A stretch of DNA of 64,000 bases from a bacterium (GCA_963662285.2 CAXXMV010000008.1:96001-160000); one strand, 5' to 3'; counted from the first letter of the stretch, positions 40,571-50,892 are shown. Made by a program: numbers and translations. Notes: generated from the letters alone by a model not told the origin.

Positions 40571-42109
40571 ATGATTAAAAGAATAACCACAACAAACAAA
40601 ACAATTGCGCTTCTAGTGTTTTCCATGTTGATGCTATCTTCAGCATTTGCTATGGCCGCCGAAAATCCAGCGGAGTTGCTATCCCAGTCTTTCCGTGAGG
40701 CGATTCATAAAGTTAAACCGGCTGTAGTCAGCATCAGTTCAGAGAAAGACGCCAAGCCATCCCAATTACCACAGGATGATTCGCGCATGGATGAAATGCA
40801 GGAATTATTCAAAAGATTTTTTGGTGAAGGCAACTTACCGAATCCTCGTAACTTCGATCCACGCATGAATCCCCGGCGTGATTGGCAAGGTTCAGGCGTT
40901 ATCATCTCACCTGAAGGCGACGTCTTAACTAATAACCATGTAGTTGATGGCGCCGATTCAATCACGGTAACCCTTGATGATGGCCGCACGATTGACGCCG
41001 ATATGAGCAGCGTATTATCCGATCCAGGATCAGACCTCGCCGTATTTAAGCTAAAAGATAAAGACGAGTATCCTTACGCTGAATTAGGCGATTCTGATGC
41101 ACTGCTGGTTGGCGACTGGGTATTGGCTATTGGCAGCCCGTTCGGTCTTGATCAAACTGTAACCCAAGGCATCGTAAGCGCTAAAGGGCGCACCAGTTCC
41201 GATGTTCACATCGGCGGCGACGCCTTCTTTGTGAAGAATTACATTCAAACCACTGCTGCTATCAATCCTGGAAATAGCGGTGGACCGCTTATCAACCTTG
41301 AAGGCGAGATTATCGGCCTGAATAATGCCATCCAGACCGCAGGCGTTCCCGGCAACCTGGGCATCGGTTTCGCTATTCCGTCAAATCTGATAAACAGCGT
41401 AATTAAGAGTTTAAACGAATTTGGCGAAGTTAAACGCGGATATGTCGGCGTTAAACTTGATTCTTTAGAAAATAATAATCTAAACAAATGGTATAAGCAG
41501 GAATATGGCATCGACAAAGGCGCTTTAGTAAGTGAAGTTCTACCTGATTCTCCAGCCGAAAAAGCTGATCTAAAAGAAGGCGATTTGATTATTGAATTAA
41601 ATGGTAAAACTGTTATAAATCCCGGTCAAATGATTAATATGGTTACTGCATTTCCCCCAGGCGAAGAGATTGAATTAACTATCATGCGCAAAGGAAAGCA
41701 GATCAATAAAACAATAGTTTTATCACAACGACCGACCGAAATTGCTCTATCAGTTTCCCAGAAGTACCTTGGCATTGCAGTTGAAACCTTAACACCTGAG
41801 TTAGCCAAAAAACTGGGATACGAAGAAGGTTTTGAAGGCGTTCTGGTTACTAATGTAGATCAAGGAAGCAGCGCTTTTAACGTAAATATCCGGCGGTATG
41901 ACGTAATAACCGAAGTTAAAAATGGCGAAAAAGTAACCACTGCTGCTGAATTCGAAAAACTCCTCACCGAATTCGTTGAAAAAATGCGGGAAAACGGTGA
42001 TAGTGACCGGGTCTACTTAGTCCATATCAATCGGGCTGATCCTTCATATCCTAATCGTTGGGTGGCGCCTAAGATTACATTGAAGAAGGAAACCGACAAA
42101 CCTGAATAA
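40571..42109 (+). CDS. Do/HtrA (DegP/DegQ-like) serine protease with PDZ domains
   Basis: GSGVII, TNNHVV, DLAV and INPGNSGGPL motifs; signal peptide. Confidence 0.93.
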   Translation: MIKRITTTNKTIALLVFSMLMLSSAFAMAAENPAELLSQSFREAIHKVKPAVVSISSEKDAKPSQLPQDDSRMDEMQELFKRFFGEGNLPNPRNFDPRMNPRRDWQGSGVIISPEGDVLTNNHVVDGADSITVTLDDGRTIDADMSSVLSDPGSDLAVFKLKDKDEYPYAELGDSDALLVGDWVLAIGSPFGLDQTVTQGIVSAKGRTSSDVHIGGDAFFVKNYIQTTAAINPGNSGGPLINLEGEIIGLNNAIQTAGVPGNLGIGFAIPSNLINSVIKSLNEFGEVKRGYVGVKLDSLENNNLNKWYKQEYGIDKGALVSEVLPDSPAEKADLKEGDLIIELNGKTVINPGQMINMVTAFPPGEEIELTIMRKGKQINKTIVLSQRPTEIALSVSQKYLGIAVETLTPELAKKLGYEEGFEGVLVTNVDQGSSAFNVNIRRYDVITEVKNGEKVTTAAEFEKLLTEFVEKMRENGDSDRVYLVHINRADPSYPNRWVAPKITLKKETDKPE

Positions 42110-42149
42110 TCATTGAAGATATGTTCTTTAATATTTTCAAAAGTCTCAA

Positions 42150-42180
42150 AAGGCCTTCCAATTCAATGGAAGGCCTTCTA
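42150..42180 (+). terminator. Hairpin after htrA, probable terminator
   Basis: AAGGCCTTCCA-attcaa-TGGAAGGCCTT, 11 bp stem. Confidence 0.7.
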
Positions 42181-42240
42181 TTTACACAAGATATGTTACA
42201 TGAATTTACAGAAAGAATGAGTATATACTACTCCTGCTTG

Positions 42241-42268
42241 TTGACAGAAATTGGAAGAATGATACTAT
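42241..42268 (+). promoter_or_regulatory. Sigma70-type promoter of tRNA-Glu
   Basis: TTGACA (42241) - 16 nt - TACTAT (42263), with an extended -10 TGn. Confidence 0.65.
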
Positions 42269-42285
42269 TTCTTTTCCAGTGAAGA

Positions 42286-42357
42286 GGCCCTATCGTCTAG
42301 GGGTTAGGACGCCAGATTCTCATTCTGGTAACAGGGGTTCGATTCCCCTTAGGGCTA
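42286..42357 (+). tRNA. tRNA-Glu (anticodon CTC); CCA not encoded
   Basis: Acceptor GGCCCTA/TAGGGCT, anticodon arm CCAGA-TTCTCAT-TCTGG, T-arm AGGGG-TTCGATT-CCCCT. Confidence 0.95.
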
Positions 42358-42428
42358 ACTCCTTTTGCTTTCCAGCAACGTATTACGTAAACCATTAATA
42401 ACCAAGTATTAAAGTTTTTTCTATCATT

Positions 42429-42469
42429 AAAACGCACTAAAATCAATCATTTGATATTAGTGCGTTTTT
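42429..42469. terminator. Long AT-rich hairpin downstream of the tRNA
   Basis: AAAACGCACTAA...TTAGTGCGTTTT. Confidence 0.55.
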
Positions 42470-42550
42470 GTATAATAGGCCGCAAGTCTCGTCTTAAGTC
42501 GATAAATTGTTTATGATTATTCAAATCTAAATGATTTCGGGGAGATCGTC

Positions 42551-45094
42551 ATGCATCAACGTTCTTTGTTATATACGCTAATAGTAATTTTGGGATCAAG
42601 CATATTTTCTGCGCCGGGTCATGCATCATTCAAAAGCAAATTTCCACAAAAAACCCTACGGTGTTGGATCGGACCGGAGTATTGGGCTAATCCAATGGAA
42701 GACTGGCGCATCAATGACGGGCGCCTGGAGTGCATATCGAGTTTCTCCAACCGCAACGTACATCTATTGACTCAAGAATTGATTGAAGGCAATGAATCAT
42801 TTGAGATAAGCGTGAAAACCGGACTGATTGATCAGGGGCTGAAAACTGGATCAGTTGGTTTCCGCATCGCGATTCAGGATGAAATCAACGATTACCGTTC
42901 ACGCCTGTTTCATGGATGGGGCATCGACGCAGGCATCAAAACCGATGGGCAATTATATATCAAGGATAAGTTTGCCGATTTAGCCCAAAAACCATCTATG
43001 GAAAATATTCTATTGACTCTGACTGGAAAACCAAACGGCCAAAAGTATGCGCTAACTCTGACCGTAACTGATTTGAATACTCAAAAGGTCATTGGAACAA
43101 TAACCAACCCGAATTTCTCGCCAGAGCAAATTAGCGGCAACATCGCCATCGTTAATAATCACTGGCTCGATGGCGCCAAGTACGCCAGCGTTTACAATAA
43201 CAAAAACACCAAGGGGCCGCGTTTCTGGTTTAAGGATTGGCGAGTCGAAGGCGGTAAAATTTCATCCAATGACGACCGGGTTTTCGGACCGATCCTATGG
43301 TCTATGTATTCCCTAAGCCGCAATGTCATGAAAATGACGGCCCTGCTACCGCCTATCGGGCAAGAAGACAACCAGACGGTTCAGCTGCAACTGCGTAAAA
43401 ACGGCGCCTGGACAACTATCGCCGAAGAAGCGGTTGATCCCAACGCCTACACCGCCACTTTCCGCATTGAATCCTGGGATGACAAACTTGATGAGTCATA
43501 CCGCTTGCTCTATAACCTTAAAACCGCCGATGGTTCAACCAAGCCGTATTACTGGTCAGGATTGATCCGTAGAGACCCCAAAGATAGCAAGACGTTATCA
43601 GTAGCCGCATATTGCTGCCAGACCGATTATGGATTTCCTCATCTTGATATGATCAGGAATTCTGCTATTCAAAATCCCGACCTGTTGTTTTTCGCTGGCG
43701 ACCAGATATATGAACAGGTAGGCGGCTATGGCATCATCCGTACGCCTGCTGACCGCGCTATTCTAAATTATCTGCGAAAGTTCTACATGTTCGGCTGGGC
43801 TTTCCGCGGCATCATGAAAGACCGCCCCACCCTATGCATCCCCGACGACCATGATGTCTTCCAAGGCAACCTGTGGGGCAACGGCGGCAATGCCATTTCA
43901 GTAAAAGATCATGACGGAGGTGGATATATCGAACCAGTTGAAATGGTTAATGTAGTGCACCGCACCAATGCATCGCACCATCCTGACGCCTACGATCCAA
44001 CCCCCATAGAACAGAACATGAGCGTCTATTACGGCGATATGGTTTATGGCCGGGTTAGTTTCGCCATTCTGGCCGACCGCATGTTCAAGTCAGGCCCGAA
44101 ATTCACCGTAACTGATTGGGAAGGTCGCCCGGATCACGTCAAAGACCCTGAATACGACGTCCAATCGCTGGATAAACCGGGCTTGGTTCTCCTGGGAGAG
44201 CGTCAATTAAAATTCCTGGACGACTGGGGACAGGATTGGCGCGGCGCCGATATGAAATGCGTATTGAGCCAAACCATCTTTTGCAACGTAGCCACTCATC
44301 ACGGAGGAGACTTAAAAATGGTTCTGGTAGCCGACCTCGACGCTAACGGATGGCCGCAGACCGGGCGCAACAAGGCTCTAGCCGCCATGCGCAAGTCATT
44401 CGCAGTGCATGTTGCGGGAGACCAACATGTGCCTTCTCTCCTGCAACACGGCATTGATGAATTCCGCGATGCCGTATGGTCGTTCTGCGTTCCAGCTATC
44501 TCGGTCGGTTATCCGCGTTCCTGGTGGCCTGACAGGATGAATAAACCAGTGAGAAACCGTCCAGCCCATAATCTACCCAACACGGGAGATTATCTGGATG
44601 GATTGGAAAATATGATCAGCGTCTACGCCATCGGCAACCCCAAAGAGGATTTATGCAAAGAAACCCGCGTCTGCACCCTGCAAGATAAATCTTCCGGTTA
44701 TGGAATCACCCGTTTCAACAAGGAAAGCCGCGAGATCACCTTTGAAGCCTACCACTTAGTCTTCGACGCCGATAATCCGACGCCAGACGACCAGTTCCCC
44801 GGATGGCCTAAAACGGTTTCCATGATAGAAAACTATGGTCGCCAAGCCAAAGCCTGGCTGCCAACCCTGGAAATCTCAGGCTCAGTTGATCCCGTGGTGC
44901 AGGTTATCAATGAGGAAAATGACGAAGTCATCTACACACTGCGCATCAAGGGAAACAAATTCACCCCCAAAGTTTTCCAGGAAGGCGCTTATACCATCAA
45001 AATCACCCAGCCATCCAAAGGTCTCAAGAAAGTGTTCAGAGGGATAAAATCGCTACCTGCTGAAAATGCGGGGATGATGAAAGTTGCGTTCTAA
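42551..45094 (+). CDS. PhoD-like metallophosphatase family protein, secreted
   Basis: FFAGDQIYE, PDDHDV and AGDQH motifs; N-terminal beta domain. Confidence 0.8.
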   Translation: MHQRSLLYTLIVILGSSIFSAPGHASFKSKFPQKTLRCWIGPEYWANPMEDWRINDGRLECISSFSNRNVHLLTQELIEGNESFEISVKTGLIDQGLKTGSVGFRIAIQDEINDYRSRLFHGWGIDAGIKTDGQLYIKDKFADLAQKPSMENILLTLTGKPNGQKYALTLTVTDLNTQKVIGTITNPNFSPEQISGNIAIVNNHWLDGAKYASVYNNKNTKGPRFWFKDWRVEGGKISSNDDRVFGPILWSMYSLSRNVMKMTALLPPIGQEDNQTVQLQLRKNGAWTTIAEEAVDPNAYTATFRIESWDDKLDESYRLLYNLKTADGSTKPYYWSGLIRRDPKDSKTLSVAAYCCQTDYGFPHLDMIRNSAIQNPDLLFFAGDQIYEQVGGYGIIRTPADRAILNYLRKFYMFGWAFRGIMKDRPTLCIPDDHDVFQGNLWGNGGNAISVKDHDGGGYIEPVEMVNVVHRTNASHHPDAYDPTPIEQNMSVYYGDMVYGRVSFAILADRMFKSGPKFTVTDWEGRPDHVKDPEYDVQSLDKPGLVLLGERQLKFLDDWGQDWRGADMKCVLSQTIFCNVATHHGGDLKMVLVADLDANGWPQTGRNKALAAMRKSFAVHVAGDQHVPSLLQHGIDEFRDAVWSFCVPAISVGYPRSWWPDRMNKPVRNRPAHNLPNTGDYLDGLENMISVYAIGNPKEDLCKETRVCTLQDKSSGYGITRFNKESREITFEAYHLVFDADNPTPDDQFPGWPKTVSMIENYGRQAKAWLPTLEISGSVDPVVQVINEENDEVIYTLRIKGNKFTPKVFQEGAYTIKITQPSKGLKKVFRGIKSLPAENAGMMKVAF

Positions 45095-45118
45095 TACTCT
45101 TACTAAAAAAATCCAAAT

Positions 45119-45150
45119 CCCCTCTCCCGCGGGAGAGGTTAGGGTGAGGG
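45119..45150 (+). repeat. Single G/C-run hairpin related to family 2
   Basis: CCCCTCTCCCGCGGGAGAGGTTAGGGTGAGGG: hairpin plus TTAGGGTGAGGG tail. Confidence 0.65.
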
Positions 45151-45213
45151 CGTAATTATAGACGTCTTACGGTATGTATCATTGGTTTGATTTTGAAAAA
45201 AGAGGTGGCTCAA

Positions 45214-45246
45214 TCAAGGGCAGAAAATACACTGCCCTTGGCACCC
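45214..45246 (-). repeat. REP family 1, type A
   Basis: Minus strand GGGTGC-CAAGGGCAG-TGTATTTT-CTGCCCTTG-A. Confidence 0.9.
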
Positions 45247-45396
45247 ACGCCAGATGATATCTGGCCTCTTTTTTAATATACTCCAATGCAACTACATAAC
45301 TTACAAAATAGAGCGGGAATATGATAAGATCGAAGCATTATCCAAAATACAAGTCTGGTTTCTTGTATAATAAAAATTCATGTGGGTTCAAACGAT

Positions 45397-48300
45397 ATGA
45401 AAAAGACTTCTTTTGTTATTATTGCAATCATCAGTATATTAACCGTAATCTCCATCCCCCAATTCATTAATGCCAATACTCAGGCGAAGATCAAACCGTT
45501 ACAGATCAACAAACCTCTAATTGCCTACTGGAACTTTGACGAATCATCCGGCGTCCACTGCATTGATATCAGCGGCAACGGCTATGATGCTGTGTCGCAA
45601 CGGGGGCAATCCCCTGGATTCGAGCGTATAGAAGAATTGTTTAACATGGCAATGAATCTCTCCGGCAATCACATCCTGAGTCTCCCCGGTAATTTCGCTG
45701 TGGAAGAAATCTCGTATATCTCATTTTCCGCTTGGGTCAAACCCGCAAAACTGAACGGATTCAGGGAAATTTTCCGCAAAGATGATGGCAATAACCGTTT
45801 GCTATTTTCGTTTCAAAACAATGGGACAATTCTGGCGCTGGGGCTTAACATTGGAAGTTACGTTGAATGCGACGGTCAAATCGATCCAAAGAGAGTTCTG
45901 GATGGCGCATGGCATCACTGCGCCGCAACGTTTGATGGCCAATTTATGCGGGTTTATCTGGATGGAGAAATAGTTGGCGAACTGGAACAGCCCGGAAAAA
46001 TCAAGGCTAGAGGAAATGCCGTTGCTTTCATCGGTTCATCAAATGGCAATAGTGAGTTTTTCCAGGGTGGCTTAGACGATTTACGGATTTACAGCGAATC
46101 GCTTACATCAGGAGAAATCGCGGAACTACACGAGAATGGCGTCAAATCTGAAGAGGAGCGCATTAAAGAAATTACAAAACTGGCTAATTCAATCTACACG
46201 CGGGAGAGCAGTTTCGCCGCAACCATAGCCCACACACGGGAAAACTTCTGGAATAAAAGTTTGAATAGCAACCGCGTAGTCGCCTGGGCGCTGATGAATC
46301 GCTTAAGCAATGATTTCCCGGAAGAATACGAGCGTTTTTTTCAGTTCACAAATGCCACCGCAAACGATTATCTCATGTCCAGTGGTAATGATTTCCATCT
46401 GCGCACTCTCGATATGCTAGTAAAACTGATGGTGGAATACAAACCTTTGACCGCATCGCAATGGAAACAACAGACGCCTGAACAAATTGAGCAATGGATT
46501 TTAACCGAAAGCATCGCGCAAAAGTTCGAAGCCCTCAAGGCATCAGGTGAGGAGATTCAGTTCTCTCCACGCTGGATCGAAACAATTCTGGAAATCGGTT
46601 CGCTCATCCAGTTCCGCCCCCGCGTAGCAGAAGCCGTTGCGCCCTACATTGAACCGGATACGCCGCAGACCTGCACGCTTGCAGATGATGAAGCGCGAAA
46701 AACTTTACAGTTCGACTGGCTGCACCAAGCCGATGGGGCGCCTACTCCAAAACGCATCCAGCAAGAAATCAGCTGGGCGCGCGAAATGGCTGACCGGATA
46801 AAGGCCGATTATCCCGGTCAAGTCGATTTCACGACTGAATTATCACAATTAAATGAATTACAGACACAGACGGAAAACCTCTCATCAAATGACGAACAAC
46901 TGTATTTTCAAGTTCGCAAAGTGAAGAGAGCAATGATGTTCAAGAATCCTGTGATTGATTTTGATCAAGTGCTTTTTGTAGACATGCCTTTCCCCGCTGG
47001 CTCCGAATGGCCTCATGAAACCCGCCACCGCCTGGGCTACATGGCCGTGCCGGGAGGCAAGATCGTCGTAATCAAAGGTCTTTCGCCATACGGCGTCCCC
47101 CGCAAACTGGCGCCGCAGGAACCGCTTCACGGATCGTTCTGGCGTCCCGATCTCTCGTTTGACGGGCAAAAAGTTCTCTTCTGCTTTAAGCCGCACAACG
47201 AAAAAGCGTTTCATCTATACGAGATAGGCATCAATGGCGCTGACATGAATCAGCTAACCTATGGACCGTATGACGACCTGGACCCGATCTACCTACCGGA
47301 TGATGAACATATCATATTTTCGACCACGCGGGGTCATACCTACGTCCGTTGTATGCCGCCTACCAGTTCGTTTGTTCTGGCTCAATGCCAGACCGATGGT
47401 CAAAATGTCTATCTTATATCACGCAATAATGAGCCGGACTACTTACCATCGGTCATGAACGATGGCCGGGTTATCTACACGCGATGGGAGTATACAGATA
47501 AGCCGCTCTGGCGCGCCCAATCGCTCTGGACCATCTACCCCGACGGAACGCAAGCCAATACATTTTGGGGTAACCAGACCGTTTGGCCGGACCTTTTGAA
47601 GGACGCCCGTAACATACCAGGCAGCAGCCGGGTTATGTTCACCGGATCCGCCCACCACGACTGGTTCAGCGGCTCGGTGGGGATCATTGATCCAACGCTA
47701 GGCCTCAATTTTCCTGACGGTCTGACCAAGGTTACAGCCGAGACTCCCTGGCCCGAGTCAGGCAATGGTCCGGTAGATCCGGTTGAATCGCCGCGTTATC
47801 ACACCAGTGGAAAATATACGGCTTACTACTCGCCCTATCCACTGAGCGAGAAAGATTTCCTGGTTTCTGCTGAACGGGGATCAAAAAAACATCACAAGTT
47901 TCTGTTGTATCTGATGGATGTAGACGGCAACCGGGAACTGATCTACGAAGGCGACAATAATATCTTTCACGCCCAACCAGTGCGATCAAGAATAAAACCG
48001 CAGGTGATTCCTGACCGCGTGGCGTGGCCTTCTACCGAAGAAGAGAAACTGAATCCGCAGGATGGCGTGATGTACAGCCGCAACGTTTACGAGGGCGCCC
48101 CCCCGGAACTGCGCGGCAAAGCGAAATACATGAGGATTATGAATATTGAACCAAAAACTTACACCTACTGGCACAAACGCCCCTACGCATCGACTGGGCC
48201 AGTGGTTTCAATGGTTCAATCCGATGGCGTAAAACGTATACTGGGAACGGTTCCCATTGAAAAAGACGGCTCGATGAGTTTTTACGCTCCAACCGGCAAG

Positions 48301-49026
48301 GCTCTTCATTTCCAACTACTAGACGAAAAGTACCGCGCGCTTCAAACAATGCGCAGTTTTACGGGAGTGATGCCCGGCGAGCGCCGCAGTTGCCTGGGCT
48401 GCCACAGCCTGCACAACACCATGCCTGGAAATAGTGATAAGGCTAACAGCATTGCGTTATCCTCTGCCCCGCACCAGATCACGCCGCCGCCCTGGCCCGA
48501 CCATTCAGTAGATTACGAGCGTTACGTACAACCGACGCTCGACAAGTATTGCGGAAGTTGCCATCAGGGCGAAGGCAAAGCTAGAGAAACATTAGATCTG
48601 ACATTGAGGCCGGGTTATCTGATTTTCAAAGAACCCTATGTCACGTTGACAGGCAGGCCCAGCTGGGGAACGCCATACGTACGGCCTGAAAATCCGCCGC
48701 CGGGTTTCGGAATTGCCAACACCATTTTAGTCGAGGGCTATAGCACCATTGATCCAGAAGCCTATCAGACGTCGCCGCCGATGACCTATCTCTCATATAA
48801 AAGCCGTCTGGTTGAAATAGCCTCGAGTGGAAAGCACCACGGGGTGCAGGTTGATCCCATAAACCTTCGCAGGCTTATGGTCTGGATCGACGCCATGTGT
48901 CCCTACCGGGGCGCTGAAGAAGTACGCGCTATTCCCGATCCAGAGTTCCAAGGGATAGATTGGCTCTCGGTTCGCCCCAAAATAAACAGCGCCCCCGTCA
49001 TAATTCGTCCCGGCCCGGTGGAATAG
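45397..49026 (+). CDS. Secreted LamG + beta-propeller + HzsA-related protein with two CxxCH motifs
   Basis: AYWNFDE/WHH.AATFDG/DDLRIY (LamG); DDLDPIYLPD and YTRWEY (propeller); GTVPIEKDGS..F..P..LHFQLLD..QTMRS (HZS-alpha middle domain); CLGCH and CGSCH. Confidence 0.8.
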   Translation: MKKTSFVIIAIISILTVISIPQFINANTQAKIKPLQINKPLIAYWNFDESSGVHCIDISGNGYDAVSQRGQSPGFERIEELFNMAMNLSGNHILSLPGNFAVEEISYISFSAWVKPAKLNGFREIFRKDDGNNRLLFSFQNNGTILALGLNIGSYVECDGQIDPKRVLDGAWHHCAATFDGQFMRVYLDGEIVGELEQPGKIKARGNAVAFIGSSNGNSEFFQGGLDDLRIYSESLTSGEIAELHENGVKSEEERIKEITKLANSIYTRESSFAATIAHTRENFWNKSLNSNRVVAWALMNRLSNDFPEEYERFFQFTNATANDYLMSSGNDFHLRTLDMLVKLMVEYKPLTASQWKQQTPEQIEQWILTESIAQKFEALKASGEEIQFSPRWIETILEIGSLIQFRPRVAEAVAPYIEPDTPQTCTLADDEARKTLQFDWLHQADGAPTPKRIQQEISWAREMADRIKADYPGQVDFTTELSQLNELQTQTENLSSNDEQLYFQVRKVKRAMMFKNPVIDFDQVLFVDMPFPAGSEWPHETRHRLGYMAVPGGKIVVIKGLSPYGVPRKLAPQEPLHGSFWRPDLSFDGQKVLFCFKPHNEKAFHLYEIGINGADMNQLTYGPYDDLDPIYLPDDEHIIFSTTRGHTYVRCMPPTSSFVLAQCQTDGQNVYLISRNNEPDYLPSVMNDGRVIYTRWEYTDKPLWRAQSLWTIYPDGTQANTFWGNQTVWPDLLKDARNIPGSSRVMFTGSAHHDWFSGSVGIIDPTLGLNFPDGLTKVTAETPWPESGNGPVDPVESPRYHTSGKYTAYYSPYPLSEKDFLVSAERGSKKHHKFLLYLMDVDGNRELIYEGDNNIFHAQPVRSRIKPQVIPDRVAWPSTEEEKLNPQDGVMYSRNVYEGAPPELRGKAKYMRIMNIEPKTYTYWHKRPYASTGPVVSMVQSDGVKRILGTVPIEKDGSMSFYAPTGKALHFQLLDEKYRALQTMRSFTGVMPGERRSCLGCHSLHNTMPGNSDKANSIALSSAPHQITPPPWPDHSVDYERYVQPTLDKYCGSCHQGEGKARETLDLTLRPGYLIFKEPYVTLTGRPSWGTPYVRPENPPPGFGIANTILVEGYSTIDPEAYQTSPPMTYLSYKSRLVEIASSGKHHGVQVDPINLRRLMVWIDAMCPYRGAEEVRAIPDPEFQGIDWLSVRPKINSAPVIIRPGPVE

Positions 49027-49106
49027 GGCGCTCACGAGGGCAATATCATTAAATCAAGTAATTTTTATCTTAAAATAAGTAGGGCTTGCTGTTTTAGATG
49101 GAAGTC

Positions 49107-49134
49107 TTGACAAATGAATAGTTTATGCTACACT
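49107..49134 (+). promoter_or_regulatory. Probable transposase promoter
   Basis: TTGACA - 16 nt - TACACT with TGn extension, inside the IS left end. Confidence 0.55.
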
Positions 49135-49203
49135 CATTCTATGAATCCTGCAAGGGGAATTACATAAAACCCTTAAAACCTTTGCACTTGAGAGTGGATA
49201 AAG

Positions 49204-50787
49204 ATGTATAAAAACGACTCTTTTACTCCGATGTTTCCCGAATTTGGTTTGCCCTTTGGCGGTTATCTTGATCCCGATAATCGCTGGGTGAAAAAAGCGG
49301 CCATGATTCCCTGGGAGGTGGTTGAGCGTGAATACAAAAATAAGTTAAGCGGCTCGACGACTGGTTGTCCGGCTCTGACCGCCCGAATGGCATTTGGCTC
49401 TTTGGTTATCAAAGAAGAACTCAAAGCATCAGATCGTGAAACTGTCGAACAGATCCGTGAAAATCCTTATCTCCAGTTTTTTATCGGATTGGACGGTTTT
49501 CAAACCGGAGAACCTTTTGATGCTTCCATGATGGTTCATTTCCGCAAACGTTTTCCCGTCGAATCGATGAATAAAATTAACGAAGCGATGACCTTGGCGG
49601 CGGCGAAACCCAAAGATGATAAATCATCAGATGAAGATGATGACGTTCCAAAAGATTCCATGAAGTTATCAGATGAATCGACGTCCAATAAGGATGGCAA
49701 TGAAACTTTCGAGGTTGAGAACCGGGGCAAGTTATTGATCGATGCGACTTGCACTCCAGCCGATATTCGTTACCCCACCGATTTGAATTTACTCAACGAA
49801 GCGCGTGAAAAAACGGAAGCGATAATTGATCGGCTCCATCAGGAACGCCCGGACGGCAGCAAGAAACCACGTACCTATCGTGAAAATGCACGTAAAGAAT
49901 ATCTTGCTATCTCCAAGAAAAAAAGAAATCCATACAAAGTAATTCGTCGAGCCATTCGTAAACAATTGGGTTATGTGAATAGAAATCTGGCGCATATAAA
50001 AACTCTCTCGCAGACTGTTTCCCTAGGTGTTTTGAAACGGAACCTCTATCGGGCGCTGTTGGTGATCAGCGAATTATATCGACAACAAAAAATCATGTAT
50101 GACTCGAAACAAAAGCGTATTGCTGACAGGATTGTCAGTATTTGGTTTCCGTATGTGCGTCCCATTAAACGCGGCAAAGCCAATGCCGAGACGGAGTTTG
50201 GCGCAAAACTAAATCTCAGTCTGGTCAATGGATTCGCGTTTATGGAAAGAATTGATTGGAACAATTTCAACGAGTCAACAGATTTGATTCAAACGATAAA
50301 AAACTTTCGCCACCATTTTGGTTTCTTTCCTGAATCGGTTCATGTAGATCAAATTTACCGGAACAAAAGTAATAGGGATTATTGCAAAAAATATGGTATT
50401 AGAATATCCGGCCCAGCGATGGGACGTCCCGTCAAAGATAAAATCATTCGCCGGGAACAAAAGCAACTCGCCCGGCAAGATGAAATAGATCGTGTTGCCA
50501 TTGAAGGAAAATTTGGAGAGGGAAAACGTCGCTTCGGCTTGGCGAGAATCATGGCTAAACTGGCAGAAACCTCACTGACGGTTATCGGATTGAACCTGTT
50601 CGTAATGAATCTGCATAAGATTTCACGACTGGGTAATTTAAATCGGTTCTTTTTGTTTATCGATTTGTGGATTGAGGTAATACAAGAGGCGCTTCAAACG
50701 CTTATCAAATCAAAATGGAGACGCTGGATCAATTTTTTCAGCAATCAAAGTTCATTCGGCAGTGATCCCGTTCGTACATCGCCCTGA
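49204..50787 (+). CDS. IS5-family DDE transposase
   Basis: LPFGG.LDPDNRWV, ENPYLQFF.G, IDAT, RPI.RGK...EFGAK, D..Y and IEGKFG.GKR motifs. Confidence 0.93.
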   Translation: MYKNDSFTPMFPEFGLPFGGYLDPDNRWVKKAAMIPWEVVEREYKNKLSGSTTGCPALTARMAFGSLVIKEELKASDRETVEQIRENPYLQFFIGLDGFQTGEPFDASMMVHFRKRFPVESMNKINEAMTLAAAKPKDDKSSDEDDDVPKDSMKLSDESTSNKDGNETFEVENRGKLLIDATCTPADIRYPTDLNLLNEAREKTEAIIDRLHQERPDGSKKPRTYRENARKEYLAISKKKRNPYKVIRRAIRKQLGYVNRNLAHIKTLSQTVSLGVLKRNLYRALLVISELYRQQKIMYDSKQKRIADRIVSIWFPYVRPIKRGKANAETEFGAKLNLSLVNGFAFMERIDWNNFNESTDLIQTIKNFRHHFGFFPESVHVDQIYRNKSNRDYCKKYGIRISGPAMGRPVKDKIIRREQKQLARQDEIDRVAIEGKFGEGKRRFGLARIMAKLAETSLTVIGLNLFVMNLHKISRLGNLNRFFLFIDLWIEVIQEALQTLIKSKWRRWINFFSNQSSFGSDPVRTSP

Positions 50788-50790
50788 GTC

Positions 50791-50818
50791 ACTACCGAAG
50801 ATTATAATCTTCGGTAGT
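50791..50818. repeat. Perfect 28 bp palindrome inside the IS right end
   Basis: ACTACCGAAGATTATAATCTTCGGTAGT equals its own reverse complement. Confidence 0.9.
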
Positions 50819-50853
50819 TGAAAACGTTTTTCAGCAAGCCCTAAGTAATTTGT

Positions 50854-50892
50854 TCAAGGGCTGACCGCGTTGCGGTCTTGCTTTTGGCCCCC
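50854..50892 (-). repeat. REP family 1, type B, degenerate
   Basis: Minus strand GGGGGC-CAAAAGC-AA-GACCGC-AAC-GCGGTC-A-GCCCTTG-A. Confidence 0.8.

Larger units (their letters stand above)
49082..50841 (+). mobile_element. Complete IS5-family insertion sequence (1760 bp)
   Basis: TIRs GGGCTTGCTG (49082-49091) and CAGCAAGCCC (50832-50841); TAAGTA direct repeat at 49076-49081 and 50842-50847. Confidence 0.92.

Noticed and set aside
45397-49026. Anammox hydrazine synthase
   Set aside because: No hzsB/hzsC neighbours, and the LamG fusion is typical of non-anammox HzsA-related proteins.
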